Assembly (NCBI GenBank): GCA_951406725.2
Contig: OX597818.1
Coordinates: 4,588,001 to 4,652,000 of the forward strand
Direction of reading: 5' to 3'
Length of the DNA stretch: 64,000 bases
From: Octopus vulgaris
Taxonomy: Eukaryota
Shown here: positions 51,719-64,000 of the stretch, piece by piece
How positions within the stretch are numbered: position 1 is the first letter of the stretch
Layout of the letters: every line of letters starts with the position of its first letter
Translations under genes and position numbers: made by a program
The notes under the pieces: generated by a model
Seen by the model: only the letters and a program-made list of their open reading frames with translations
Told to the model about the DNA's origin: nothing
The model's database searches: none

Positions 51719-53420
51719 AACTCATGCTACTAACCATGAGCTATAAAAAAAAACTTTTTCAGCTTATTGAACTTTGATATGGGAAAAAGCCTACAACCTT
51801 TACCAATAAATTATTATTGTTCCTGAACATTGTTTTTTGTACATTGCTCGAAGCTTATAAACTTCATACACTTAGATCCTTGGAGCTTATAATTACATAT
51901 ATATATATGCACACACACACATATATACATACATGTACACAAATGTTTATGGCTGTAAATGTATACATTTATAAATAATGTATATATTTCACTGCTTTGT
52001 TCTATATATATATATATAAAACAAAGTGCATGTATGTAAAGAATGTGCTTGTTCTATGCATGCTGTACCAGGTGGCTGTTTCCAGTAAGTATTCCTAGGG
52101 ATCTGCTCAGGGTACTACTTACCACTGTCCACCTTCTTTGATACCAATGCCATATACATACATATATATTGTTCAAATTTATAGAAAAAGACAAAGGTGT
52201 AGGAACAACATATGTATACACACACACACACACACACATGATACAAATAAGAAAATGATATTTTTTAAAATACAGAGTTGCCATTAGAATAGCAGAAATA
52301 CTGGGTTAACTACCATTAGAAGGTGCAAAAATTTGTCAATAACCAGCCATGGGACTTGAACCCACATTCCTCAAAGACTGGCTAAGTGGTTTACCATTAA
52401 GCAGCAACTCCACATTCGAAAAAGTATCATCTTCTTATTTGTATTGTACAATACACATTTTGATGCTTAAAAAAAAAACTCCAAATATTTGTTTGTTTAC
52501 ATTTATACACACATGGTTGTTCTATAAAGCTAAAAGTATTTAGCGTCTATATTTAGCGTCCAACCCATGCTAGCATGGAAAGCGGACGTTAAACGATGAT
52601 GATGATTTGGTGGTCATTTTGTCAGTGAGCAGTTTAGCTTAATATGGTAAAGCACTCAACTGGAGTCTTTGAGGGATATAGGTTTGAGTCCCATAGTTGG
52701 TTGTATGCATATGCATACATATATATTATTTATATTATTATTTGATTGAACGCCACACATCCATTTCCAAGTAAGTTTATTTTAATCTTTTTGATGCGAC
52801 TCTGTTCTCTCCCCCTATCGTTTTCTCTCTCATCCTTGCTCCTTTTCACCATTTTCTATCTATCTCTCTCTCTCTCCCCTTCTTTCTTCTTTCTCTCTCA
52901 TTGCTCACACATGACCATCGTCCATCTTTCTTTTCCGCATGATCATCTTTCTTTTGTTTCAGGGCTGTCTTAGAGGCTGGACATATCCTATCTATCTCTC
53001 TCTTCAATCTTTTCTCTTGTCAAAGAAAATATTTCTCCACCATTTGCTATTTTACCCTCATTCTGGTCTAATGACCCTCCATGTTTGTTTTCGTCTGCTT
53101 TCCTTGTATGTCTCCACTGTCTTGTTTTTGTTTCCAACTTGACCCTCCATAAATCCCAAATTTTATTTTGATATTTGTGGGAGCAACTGCGTTCGAAGAG
53201 TCATATTGTCGTTCAATGCTTGAAATGAGTAGTAGATAGGCAGTTGACAACTGATGAAGGGTCATCCTTTATGTAACTTGTCCTGTTTTCCATTTGTTTC
53301 TCATGTTGTTTGTGTATTCAACTCATTTGTTTTCGTATTTCATGTTGTTTTCTGTTTGTAACGTCCTGTACCCATATATGCCTATATATATATATATATA
53401 GATATATTTATATATATATA

Positions 53421-54655
53421 TTGGGTCATCCCATAAATAATGTGGTTTTTTCAGTTGCATGAACTAAAAGTTGGAGGGATAACCTACCTGCATCAACTTG
53501 CTATAAAAGCAGGTAGTAATTTAACTTTGTCCTTATTTTTAGTGCAAGTTTTGAAGAGTGCAGTTCAATTTTAACAGTTATTTTTTAAAAGCTATAATGG
53601 AAGGGGCAAAGGAGCATATTCAGAATATTTTGCTTTATGAGTTCAATAAAGGTAACAATGCAATGGAAAGTACAAGGAATATAAATGCAGTATATGGGGA
53701 TCAGACAATAAATGTAAGTCAGTGTCAATGGTGGTTCAGGAAATTCTGAACCGGAAATTACAGCCTAGAAGATCATTCTGGAAGATCTGTAGAGCTCGAC
53801 AAGGATGTCCTGCAAACCCTAGTGGACCAAAATCCCACTGGAACTGCTGAGGAACTAGCAGAGAACTTGGATTTGGTCATTCAACCATTTATTGATACCT
53901 GCGTGCCATTGGAAAAGTCAGCAAATTAGGTCAATGGGTTCCTCACAAACTTTCTGAGTCTAGTTGCACGCAGAGAATGAATGTGTGCTCTGCTTTGCTG
54001 TCATGTCTCACAAATGAATCTTTTTTGGACCAAATAGTGACTGGTGGTGAGAAATGGGTTCTCTATAAAAATGTCAAGCGCTAGAGAAAACACCAGCACT
54101 CTAGACTAAAGAAGGTTTTCACTCACGTAATGTGTTGTTATTTGTTTGGTGGGATATGAAAGGTTTAGTCCACTTTGAACTTTTAAACCCAAACCAAACA
54201 ATAACAAAGGAGATCTACTGCAAGCAGTTTGAGTGGCTTAAGTCAGCACTAGAAGAAAAACAACCACCTTTGGTTTCAAGATGAAAGGTGTTCTTCCATC
54301 AGGATAATGCTTGGCCACATACAGCAAGGATGACATTCCAAAGGCTGGAGCAGTTTGATACTTCACCCACCATATTCGCTGGACATTACTCCATCTGATT
54401 ATCATTTATTCCGCAGTTTTCAAAATTATTTGGACGGAAAATTTACGAATTCTGTAGATGAGGTCAGGACAGTACTGGAGGAGTATTTTTCATCATGGAC
54501 AAGTGTATTTTGGAAGAGGGACCTTGCAAGTCTACCAGAGAGATGGATGAGCATTGTAGAAAATGAAGGAGAGTATATTATAGATTTAGAAAGAACTTTG
54601 TCTTAATTATGAAAAATAAAAGAAGTATAAAAAACCACATTATTTATGGGATGAC

Positions 54656-54659
<4 letters not shown>
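53421..54659 (+). mobile_element. full-length mariner (1239 bp), transposase inactivated
   Basis: Perfect ~31-bp TIRs ttgggtcatcccataaataatgtggtttttt with TA flanks. Protein motifs WVPHKL, IVTGGEKW, FHQDNAWPH and HPPYSLDITPSDYHLF. Confidence 0.95.
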
Positions 54660-54699
<40 letters not shown>

Positions 54700-55354
54700 T
54701 ATACACACACACATGCTAGGCTACCGGTGACCCAACGGTAGTCTAGTATACATTCCCAGCAATGGAGTTTTGTTTTTTTTTTTTTTCCTTTTCTAGGTTA
54801 TTTTGCATGCTTTCAATGAATGTGATATCAAAATCATGTGTAAATGGCTCCTTTCCCTAGAAAAGGAAAGATTTGGTTGCTATTTCTTGCATGCCCCGCT
54901 ACCATGTAACAGGTATTTCAGGTCCTTTATTGCAAATAGCTGTTACATGGTAGCAAGGCATGCTAGAAATAGCTGCCGAATCTTTGGAGGTGAGATACGT
55001 TGAATGCACTAAAAAAAAACCTATGGAAAAAATTATTTCACATTGAGGTTAGGAATGGGTCTTTTATGAAATATTTACCGTATTTTTAAAGTCATTTTCA
55101 TTTTAAAATATTTTTTAAATATGCCAAAAAAAAGTTTTGTAATGGTATTCACTAGAAAATAATTTTAAAAAAACATTAAAATGTTGTCTGTTTAAAGAAA
55201 GCTAAAATATTAATACTTACTGTACAAACAACTTACATTTTTGAAATGACATTCACTTAAAAATATTTCTAAATGATTAAAATATTGTGTTTAACAAAAG
55301 TGAAAATAGAAACATTTATTGTAAAACAAACAAATCGTAATTTCTTGTTGCCAA

Positions 55355-55623
55355 GTTACTGTGTCTAATTGAAAGGTTAGAGTTTTTTCCCTTTCAGGAT
55401 GAAGTTATATTTGGAATATTTTTCCCATTACGCACCATTTTGGGTATCTATACCTCCAAACCCCTAATATCTCAATAACTACTGGTCCAATTTACGTGAA
55501 ACATGTTATATTCCATTCATATTAGGAGCAAATTAATTCATAGTATTTTCCCATTATGTGCCAGTTTGGTTGTGCAACATTTCAAACAAGCAAAATTGAA
55601 CTTCACTTTTATTAGTATACAGA
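55355..55623 (-). mobile_element. Helitron-like 5' end fragment
   Basis: An A|TCTGTATACTAATAAAAG start. The 3' end is not defined; it may be the CTAG hairpin at 54716-54746. Confidence 0.4.
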
Positions 55624-55794
55624 TATATATAAGTATGTTGAGAGCTAGAGATGCTTAATATAGAAAACACACTATAGTGGTCAAATGATTTGAACTTAAA
55701 TTTCGAAATCTTTATTGAGTATTAGGTGCATGGGGTAAAGAGTGGCTATAAGAGAAATCCAGGTGAGCTGATATGGAGATGGTGACTAGGTTTG

Positions 55795-55825
<31 letters not shown>

Positions 55826-55829
55826 TGCT

Positions 55830-56475
55830 TGTTTCATGTTCTTGCTTGATGGGGCTGGGGTCACCCAAGGTTAGTGGTTTCAGAAGTATCATCATGCATA
55901 GAGCCAACCAAGACCACCAGTGCTCCCTATTGCTGGCAGTCCCATGTCAGCCCCTATGTATCCTTCAAGATGACATTGAGACTCTGGAGATCTTCCTTAA
56001 TCCTGTCCAGCCATCTGGTGCAGGGCCTCTTCCAACCTGCAGCTGCTGCATTGAACAAGTGTAAGACCCTGGTAGGATGATCTAGTGGGAGGTGGAGGAT
56101 ATGTTCATACCAGCACATGTGGTCGATGGCTATGAGGCAGGAGGCTGTGGCTGATGTGTGTGTGTGCATGCAGCTCTTTGTTGAATACATGATAGTGACA
56201 TCTGGTGTTCTCAATGGTTTTGAGGGCTCTGCTATCAGAGCTGCTGATTCTCTTTATCAGGGCCTTCATGAGAGTCTACACTTCTGCTTCATAGAGGAAA
56301 CTGGAAAGGATCAACACATTGTAGATGTGGAGCTTCATCTTCCGGGGGATAGAGCAGTACATTACTCCAGTGGCCAGACCACATCTGCAGTTGATCTCCA
56401 GGATCAGATCTTTATTGTTGGTGACTGTGGAGCTCAAATAGATGAAGGAGCTGACAAATTCTATGATATTGGTTG
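55830..56475 (-). mobile_element. RTE-type LINE 3' fragment
   Basis: WYEHILHLPLDHPTR...GWKRPCTRWLDRIKEDL. Confidence 0.75.
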
Positions 56476-57336
56476 AAGGACAAGCTTTGCTGATTCATCT
56501 TGGTCAGTGTTTCCCTGAGCTGGTTGAGTCACTGAATAGAGTGGTATATCATCATCATCATCATCATCGTTAAATGTCTGCTTTGCAAGTTGGCATAGGT
56601 TAGATGATTTGACAGAGGCTGGCTAGGCAGAGGGCTGCACCTAGCTTCACTGTCTGTTTTGGCAGGGACTGAATGTTTTTTATGTGGCACCAGCACTGGC
56701 AAGGCCTGTTTTGGCATGGTTTTTACAGCTGGATGTCCCTCTGAACATCAACCACTTTACAGTGTGGACTGCATGCCCCAGCTTTGGCAGGGTCACCAAG
56801 TAAGTTGCAAAAGAAAGATCGCTTTGTGATGTCTTGCTGTAAAGGAGATACATAGTTACCCAGTCAGTGGAATAGAGAAGGAGAGAGAGAGGGAGAGAGA
56901 TCAAGAATGAGGATAGAAACAGGCGTATTGCTGTAGAGGAGATACATGGTTATCCAGTGATAAAGCAAAAGAGAGAGTGAAAGTGATCAAGAATGAGAAA
57001 GTGAGTGGAAGGGAGAGAAAGGATGAGAATGCAAGAGAGAGTGAGAGAGAAAGAGATGGTGGTGATGTGCAAGGGCATACCCTCAAGGTATGGGGATCAG
57101 AATATAAACGGGATAGTAGAGTATTGCTAAGGGAGTATGATTAGGGAGTAAAGATTTCACATGAATGCAAAGAGTGTGGGGAATGCAGTGACTGGTGAAA
57201 CGTGGGTATATAGAGGAGGTGGGAGAAAACAGGATAGCTAAGATACAGTGAACAGGATACTGAGGACCAGGATTAGGGAGAGAGATATAAGCATAAGCAT
57301 AGTGCATGAAAAAGAGGAAATGTAAGGAAGAGAAGA

Positions 57337-57384
<48 letters not shown>

Positions 57385-57789
57385 CAGATATATTATAACA
57401 ACAACAACAACAACAATATTAATAGCAATCCTTTCTACTATAGATAGGCACAAGGCCTGAAATTTGTAGGAGGGGAATGTCGATTACATCGACCCCAGTA
57501 CACAACCAGTACTTAGTTTATTAATCTTGAAAAGATTAAAGGTAAAGTCGACCTTGGTGGAATTTGAACTCAGAACATAAAAACCAACGAAATGCTGCTA
57601 ACTATAATAATAATAAATTATAATCCTTTTTACTGAAGGCACAATGCTTTGAAATTTTGTGGGGAGGAGACTAGTTGATTACATTGACCCCAGTGTTTCA
57701 CTGGTACTTAATTTAGTTAGCTAGTTCCCTCTGATGTAAATTTACATCTTACATGCCACATTTTTTGTTTTGCATTTATTATTGACAGA

Positions 57790-58250
57790 ACATGAATTTT
57801 AATTAGAACAACTGCAGAGATTATTTTGTATATTTTGCTTAGATTTCAAATTAATTTGATTGTTAGAGGCAAAACCAAATTTGTGTTTCCTAAATTCTTT
57901 ATTATTATTAACATTTTCATATAATGTTATATTACTTCTCTTTCTAGAGGAATTCTTATTGGATTCAATGTCATTTATTTTATTAAACAGGGTTGTTTGC
58001 CTTTTCATGATGGTTATATTTGCAGCGTTTCTTTCTGTACAAGTTTTCTTATTCAGTTTAACATTTTTTAGATCATTATTGTTATTCTCAATATTCACTT
58101 TCCCACTGCGATCAGAATAGTTTTAAAAAAAATTTTCAAGGTTATCTTTTCACTGTGAGCTGCTATTATTTGTGCAATATTTCTACTATTAGAATACGCC
58201 AAACAGATTTCGTGTTTGTTACAAAACCGTGAAATATAAAAAGAACTTCA
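57790..58250 (-). mobile_element. Penelope-like post-RT linker remnant (Asn/Lys-rich)
   Basis: NKHEICLAYSNSRNIAQIIAAHSEK resembles the PLE N+HT+K+SYS..NI..II..HN motif. It is followed by an Asn-rich ORF ending CSC. Confidence 0.5.
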
Positions 58251-58379
58251 TTCAGTTTATACAAAACGTCCACAACCTTTCATCTTGATAAACCACTATT
58301 GTTCCTGAAAGTCGGTTTTTATATTTATTAGAAACTGTTTGAAGCTAACCTTCTTCCTACACCATGATCCTTGGATCTT

Positions 58380-58417
<38 letters not shown>

Positions 58418-58577
58418 TAAATTAGAGATAAAACCACTATTAGGCAAATCAAACAGTGAAAATCATAAGCCAATACACAGAAATAAAATTAATTAAAAAT
58501 AATATTAAATATAAAATATAAAAAATATAAAATTCCAAATTAAAATATTTAAATTAAAGTTAAAATCTAAAAAATTA

Positions 58578-59137
58578 TTGTTCGAAGGTTTATAATGGAC
58601 GCAGTTTGTGTGTCAAATAGCTAGCTTAAGGCGATGGCCTCATGGAGCTAATCAGCGACAGCTTTAGTCTTATATTTATAAGACTGCCATATTAGTATGG
58701 CAATAACTATTAATTTCCAGTAATGCTGCCGTAATCTCCTTTAGAGAGACTTAGTAATTTTAATATTTCTATTATTGAAAACAAGTGGATGTATTCCATT
58801 GAAACTAGGTAAATAAAGCCTTCGAACTGGGACGATCAGTAGCGACACCTGCAAGTCTGACTACGCTGCATTGATAAGGGGCAACAACCCTGAAACGTCT
58901 GTAGCTGTCTGACTGGCAGGATGAAGCGGCTGACCTCCCTTGTTCGAAGGTTTATAATGGACGCAGTTTGTGTGTCAAATAGCTAGCTTAAGGCGATGGC
59001 CTCATGGAGCTAATCAGCGACAGCTTTAGTCTTATATTTATAAGACTGCCATATTAGTATGGCGATAACTATTAATTTCCAGTAACGCTGCCGTAATCTC
59101 CTTTAGAGAGACTTAGTAATTTTAATATTTCTATTAT
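58578..59137 (+). mobile_element. retrozyme-like element B: 362-bp monomer (1.55 copies), nested in a PLE-type terminal repeat (58410-59907)
   Basis: 58578-58775 is repeated at 58940-59137 with 2 substitutions. The spacer holds the HHR, and the monomer has many hairpins. Confidence 0.8.
58865..58905 (+). ncRNA. minimal hammerhead motif, U3:A8 variant, apparently intact
   Basis: gctgca-TTGATAA-gggg(caacaa)ccct-GAAAC-GTC-tgtagc. Stem I extends outward (cctgc..agtc..gac / gtc..gact..gcagg). Confidence 0.8.
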
Positions 59138-59287
59138 ATATATATATATTTATTATTATTATTATTATTATTATCTTATTTTATTTATTTATTTATTTAA
59201 AAAAATTTTTTTTTATTATTATTATAATTTAAAAAAAAAAATTATATAACTATCAAAAAGTATTAAAAGTTTAATAAAGAGTAAAAA

Positions 59288-59798
59288 CACTACGATCGTT
59301 TCATGCCCGTAACCAATTCGAATAACAATAATTTAAATTCAATTAATAATTCGAATTATGGTTACAGGCACAGGAGTGGCTGTGTGGTAAGTAGCTTGCT
59401 TACCAACCACATGGTTCCGGGTTCAGTCCCACTGCGTGGCATCTTGGGCAAGTGTCTTCTACTATAGCCTCGGGCCAACCAAAGCCTTGTGAATGGATTT
59501 GGTAGACGGAAACTAAAAGAAGCCCGTCGTATATATGTATGTATATATATATGTGTGTGTGTATGTTTGTGTGTCTGTGTTTGTCCCCCTAGCATTGCTT
59601 GACAACTGATGCTGGTGTGTTTACATCCCCGTCACTTAGCGGTTTGGCAAAAGAGACCGATAGAATAAGTACTGGGCTTACAAAGAATAAGTCCTGGGGT
59701 CGATTTGCTCGACTAAAGGCGATGCTCCAGCATGGCCGCAGTCAAATGACTGAAACAAGTAAAAGAGTAAAAGAGTAAAGAGAGTCAATCTTCAGGTT
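59288..59798 (-). ncRNA. hammerhead motif split by a SINE insertion in stem II
   Basis: aac-CTGAAGA-ttgactc|SINE|gtaacc..aattcgaat..attcgaatt-ggttacgggcat-GAAAC-GATC-GTA-gtg. Confidence 0.65.
59366..59781 (+). mobile_element. full-length SINE family A
   Basis: Closely matches 34805-35214, including the (GAGTAAAA)n tail. Confidence 0.92.
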
Positions 59799-59902
59799 AA
59801 TTGTAATATTTTAATAAATAATCAGAAATATTTAAACAAAATAAAATAAAATAAATCCTAAATCTAATTTTTCCCTGTAAGTTTGGATTTACTCCCTAAT
59901 AT

Positions 59903-59936
<34 letters not shown>

Positions 59937-59940
<4 letters not shown>

Positions 59941-60342
59941 ATTGTCCAGAAAGTTTGTGCCGATTTATGGTAGCTTACTTTTTGACTTATTTCGGCACTT
60001 GATGCTTTGGGAACCAGACAAAAATTGCTGCAGCTTGGCTGGGATGTGTTACCCCACCCTCCATATTCACCAGATATTGCTCCTTCAGACTTCCACTTAT
60101 TCAGGTCTTAATGGTAAAAATTTCAATTCCTTGGATGACGTAAAAAGATACCTTGATGAATTCTTTGCCACAAAACTACCTCAATTCTGGGAAGAGGGTA
60201 TTTTCAAGTTAAAGGAAAGATGGAGATGCATTGTGCAACAAAATGGTTCATATTTGGTTGATTAAAAATGTAATGGCAAGTAATTATCGACCTTTTTCTT
60301 TCTTTCGTTTAAAAATCGGCACAAACTTTCTGGACAACCCAA
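59937..60342 (+). mobile_element. internally deleted mariner
   Basis: TIRs ttgtccagaaagtttgtgccgattt/aaatcggcacaaactttctggacaa. Protein reads [18 protein letters not shown]...GIFKLKERWRCIVQQNGSYL. Confidence 0.9.
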
Positions 60343-60350
60343 TATATATA

Positions 60351-60554
60351 TTCTTTTATTTTTTCCAGTCATGTGACTGCAGCCATGCTGGAGCACTAAC
60401 TTTAGTCGAACAAACTGACCCCAGGACTTATTCTTTGTAAGGCTAGTACTTACTCTATTGGTCTATTTTGCCAAACTACTAAGCTACGGGAATGTAGACA
60501 CGCCACCATTGGATGTCAGACGATGGTGGGGGACAAAAACAGACACACAAACAC

Positions 60555-60560
<6 letters not shown>
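60351..60560 (-). mobile_element. SINE family A, 3' half
   Basis: cagtcat.tgactgcagccatgctggagcac...gaccccaggacttattctttgtaag. Confidence 0.75.
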
Positions 60561-60586
<26 letters not shown>

Positions 60587-60783
60587 CATCATCTTTTACT
60601 CTCTGTTTTCCAAGCTGGCATGGGTTGGACGGTTTGACCAGAGCTAGGAAGCTTGACAGCTGCACCAGGCTCCAGTTTGATTAAACATAGTTTCTATGGC
60701 TGGATGCCCTTCCTAATACCAACCATTTTATAGAGTGTACTGGATGCTTTTACATAGCTCTATATAATTTATTGTATCTCTCT

Positions 60784-60832
<49 letters not shown>

Positions 60833-60919
60833 CACACAAACACGTACACATTCAGGGAAAGAAACTATCCTGGTGGGATCAGCAGAGTGGGTGGTGGCTC
60901 CTCTTTGAAATGCTGTTGT

Positions 60920-61320
60920 GTAAAACATTGCTTGTGTATGCAGAGAGAGAAGGTTTCATCCCTGATGTTTAAGATGTTATCTTTTAACTGGAAGATATTT
61001 AGCTTTTCAGTAATACAAAGCTCACATTTTGTGCCCCATCCCCTGTTTTTTCTGGCTTTAGCAATAATGCTCCATGATATCTGGATAGAGATGTCATATG
61101 TCTTTTATTTTTGTCCCTGAATAATGCCAGAATTTGTGTGTGTCTTTCCTTGATATATCATTCTAATATATCTTTTTGTTACTCCATTGGGATCCATGGT
61201 TTTGGTCTTAATTTTGAATATATACAACACATGAACTCCACACATAAAAGATACATGCCTCTGTGATGGACTTCTTCAACATACAAACAATACACATACC
61301 CAGAATATAATACAATGCTA
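60920..61320 (-). mobile_element. Penelope-like GIY-YIG C-terminal remnant
   Basis: IQISWSIIAKARKNRGWGTKCELCITEKLNIFQLKDNILNIRDETFSLCIHK parallels 42492-42807. Confidence 0.7.
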
Positions 61321-62500
61321 ACAAATTTCTCATTCAGCACAGTTTTCTCTCAAAAGTCAAACCCAAGGGAGCTAATCACTCAAAAGGTCTCATCCAAGAG
61401 TAGCGTCCCTTGATTTCTTGTTTTCTTCACATGTCTTTATTGTGAATTCCTAAGAACTTCCATGTTTTCATCCAAAATGGAGATGAACACAATTCCTCCA
61501 TGTGATTGGCTTGAAAAATTGCTAAGATATTAAGATATTTTTTAACATGAAACAAATGGTAGCCCTAATACACACACATACACATATGCAAGCTTGTACA
61601 TATGTATTTATTTTCAGAATATATGTATTTATATATATCTATGTGTATCTATATGTGTGTGTGTGTGTGTGTGTGTATTTATCATGTTTATTGCCATTGC
61701 TATCTCTACATATATAAGTGAATATACATATATATAACTGAAGGGAACAATGAGTAAAATTTACTGCATTTGTTACTTTTAGAAAAAGTTTATTCTGTTG
61801 TGTCTGTGGAGAGTCAAACAAAAAGGAACCCAGTACAAATAATGGACAGTCAAGACAGTCAAGAGGCAACGAAAATTTTGGGAAAATAAAAATAAGGAAT
61901 AAGTGGAAACCTTACCCATGAGTGTGTTAAATTATAAGGAACAAAAAGAAAATGACTCTCCCCAGACACAACAGAATATGCTTTAATACACGAACTCACA
62001 TAAAGAATCTTGCAAACCAAAAACGAAATAAGAAAAAGTTTATTTTTTACAAAAGTTCATCATCATCATCATCTAGCATTTAAAATCCGGGTTTTGTTCC
62101 CATTAACAGAGATGGCCAGATCTACTTCAATGCCATAGCAACTGAGGTAGGCAGGTGCAGCTCACCCCAATCTTTGGGCTGGCTAGTGCCCATTCTCCTT
62201 TGGTTTCATGAGGCTTTTTTGGAACTGGATTTTCTTCAGGGAGCATGCCCTTGTTTACCCCCAGCCTCAGTTTCTAGACATGAGTAGTCCCAAGACCAAG
62301 GCCTCTACCACGATTTTTAAGAAATGTGGTGGAAAACTAGCTCAAGAAGGCAGGGATGCTACTCCCTGAGGAAGGTAGGAACACTACTCCCCGAGTCCCC
62401 TTTCGGAGCCCAGCCCCTACTTCACGAAATCAGCTAAGCAAATGAACACAACACATTAAAACATTATAACATAATCTGAAAAACTATTTCAGAAAATTAC

Positions 62501-62640
62501 CTCCGTTCTCTTTGAGTATATAAGAAACAAATCTTGCTGGGGCAAAATGAGTAAGACAAGATATAGTAAATTTGTTTCTTCACTTCTCCAGAATTACATT
62601 TGAGAAAAGACTCATACTCATTCATATCTATCCTTAGACA
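62501..62640 (-). CDS. weak candidate internal exon
   Basis: ttgcatttctgatcttcgtag| then 140 nt open (CLRIDMNEYESFLKCNSGEVKKQIYYILSYSFCPSKICFLYTQRER) then |gtaatt. No recognisable homology. Confidence 0.2.
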
Positions 62641-64000
62641 CTACGAAGATCAGAAATGCAACAAAAATTTTATATATCTAGGTCAAATTGAAAGAGGATG
62701 TTAGTTCATAATGTGAAATTAACAAAACTTGACTAAATCTAAAAACTGAACAAGAAATATTCTTTATAGCTTCTTCACAATCTGTTTGAGTGGCACTCTT
62801 CACTATGCAGTTAAAAAGAAGAAATAATTGAAATTACTCATTACACATTTTACTCCAGTTTAGACATCATTCTTTGAAAACTGAAAATTATTAAATTAGA
62901 CATTGGTGTGAGGAAAAATTTGATTTGGAACCCGAAAGAGAAAAGAATATTGATTGTTAAGCACCAAAAATTATCGAGATATTTCATTAGCAATCCCAAT
63001 TACAGTTGGGTCAAAGTTGAGGAAAAATTTCTTCAAAAAGAAAGTACCTGTCATCTGACAATGTTTCAAACTCTCAACATAAGTAACTATGCCGACCAAC
63101 TTTTATTCTCACTGATGATGCGATACTTGCAATGTAAGGGTTTCAAACAGGTGTGGAGAAAATAAGAAATTACTCACTTCATTCCACTGTGTGTGTGTGT
63201 GTGTGTAAATTCAGATTATGTAGCAGAAGCAGCTCTATAATGTAAATGTTATCAATACCACATATTTAAGATGTGGTTAAGTATGTAGTTTTATGTTTAT
63301 ATATGTGGAAGCAGTGGTTTTATGCTTAAGAGAAATCCTTTAAAGATGTACAGTGTTAAATACATATTATATATGGGGATAGTGATTCAAATAAGCATGA
63401 ATAGTCTTGATATATATATCATCATCATCATTTAACGTCCACTTTCCATGCTAGCATGGGTTGGACAATTTGACTGAGGACTGGCAAACCAGATGGCTGC
63501 ACCAGGCTCCAATCTGATCTGGCAGAGTTTCTACAGCTGGATGCCTTTCCTAACGTCAAGCACTCCGAGAGTGTAGTGGGTGCTTTTACATGCCATCAGC
63601 ACGAGGGCCAGTCAGGTGGTACTGGCAATGGCTACACTCAAATGGTGTTTCTTACATGCCACCTGCACAGGAACCAGTCCAGTGGCAACGACTTTGCTTG
63701 AATGCTTTTTCATGTGCCACTGGTACGGAAGCCAGTCAGCTGCTCTGGCAATGATCTCGCTTGGATGGTGCTTTTAGTGCTCCACTGGCACAGGTGCCAG
63801 TCATTGAATTTGATTCGATTTCAATTTCACTTACCTCAACAGGTCTTCACAAGTAGAGTTTAGTGTCCAATGAAGGAAAGGTATGCATAAGTGGGCTGGT
63901 TACACCCCGGCATAGGCCACGGATTATGATCTCACTTGGCTTGCTGGGTCTTCTCACACACTGCATGTTTTCAAAATATATATATATATATCAACCTTAT

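Noticed and set aside
52340-52705. Two tRNA-like sequences in divergent orientation
   Set aside because: The cloverleaves do not close; they are probably old SINE heads rather than tRNA genes.
62908-63165. 85-aa plus-strand ORF
   Set aside because: GTG start, no homology cues and no clear splice sites.

Overview
AT-rich, microsatellite-saturated animal DNA. The SINE and simple-repeat content suggests a cephalopod (Octopus-like); this is an inference. No intact protein-coding gene is visible, and most ORF-track calls are (TA)n/(CA)n/(TTA)n artefacts. The window is a mosaic of decayed transposons: mariner/Tc1, piggyBac, hAT, a Chapaev-like piece, non-autonomous Helitrons, R4/Dong-type, Tx1-type and RTE LINEs, tRNA-derived SINEs and Penelope-like elements (PLEs). 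The main signal is non-coding. Read by eye on both strands, the window holds about 18 minimal type-I hammerhead ribozyme (HHR) motifs in several short repeat families. Together they show all four Watson-Crick versions of the catalytic 3:8 pair (C:G, U:A, G:C, A:U). They occur in PLE pseudo-LTRs, in near-perfect fold-back palindromes and in a tRNA-headed SINE. They also occur in two divergent ~360-bp tandem monomers (20.1 kb and 58.6 kb) that resemble retrozymes and share a co-varying stem about 70 nt after the cleavage site. Coordinates were counted by hand and may be a few bases off. No ribozyme activity, expression or database identity has been tested.
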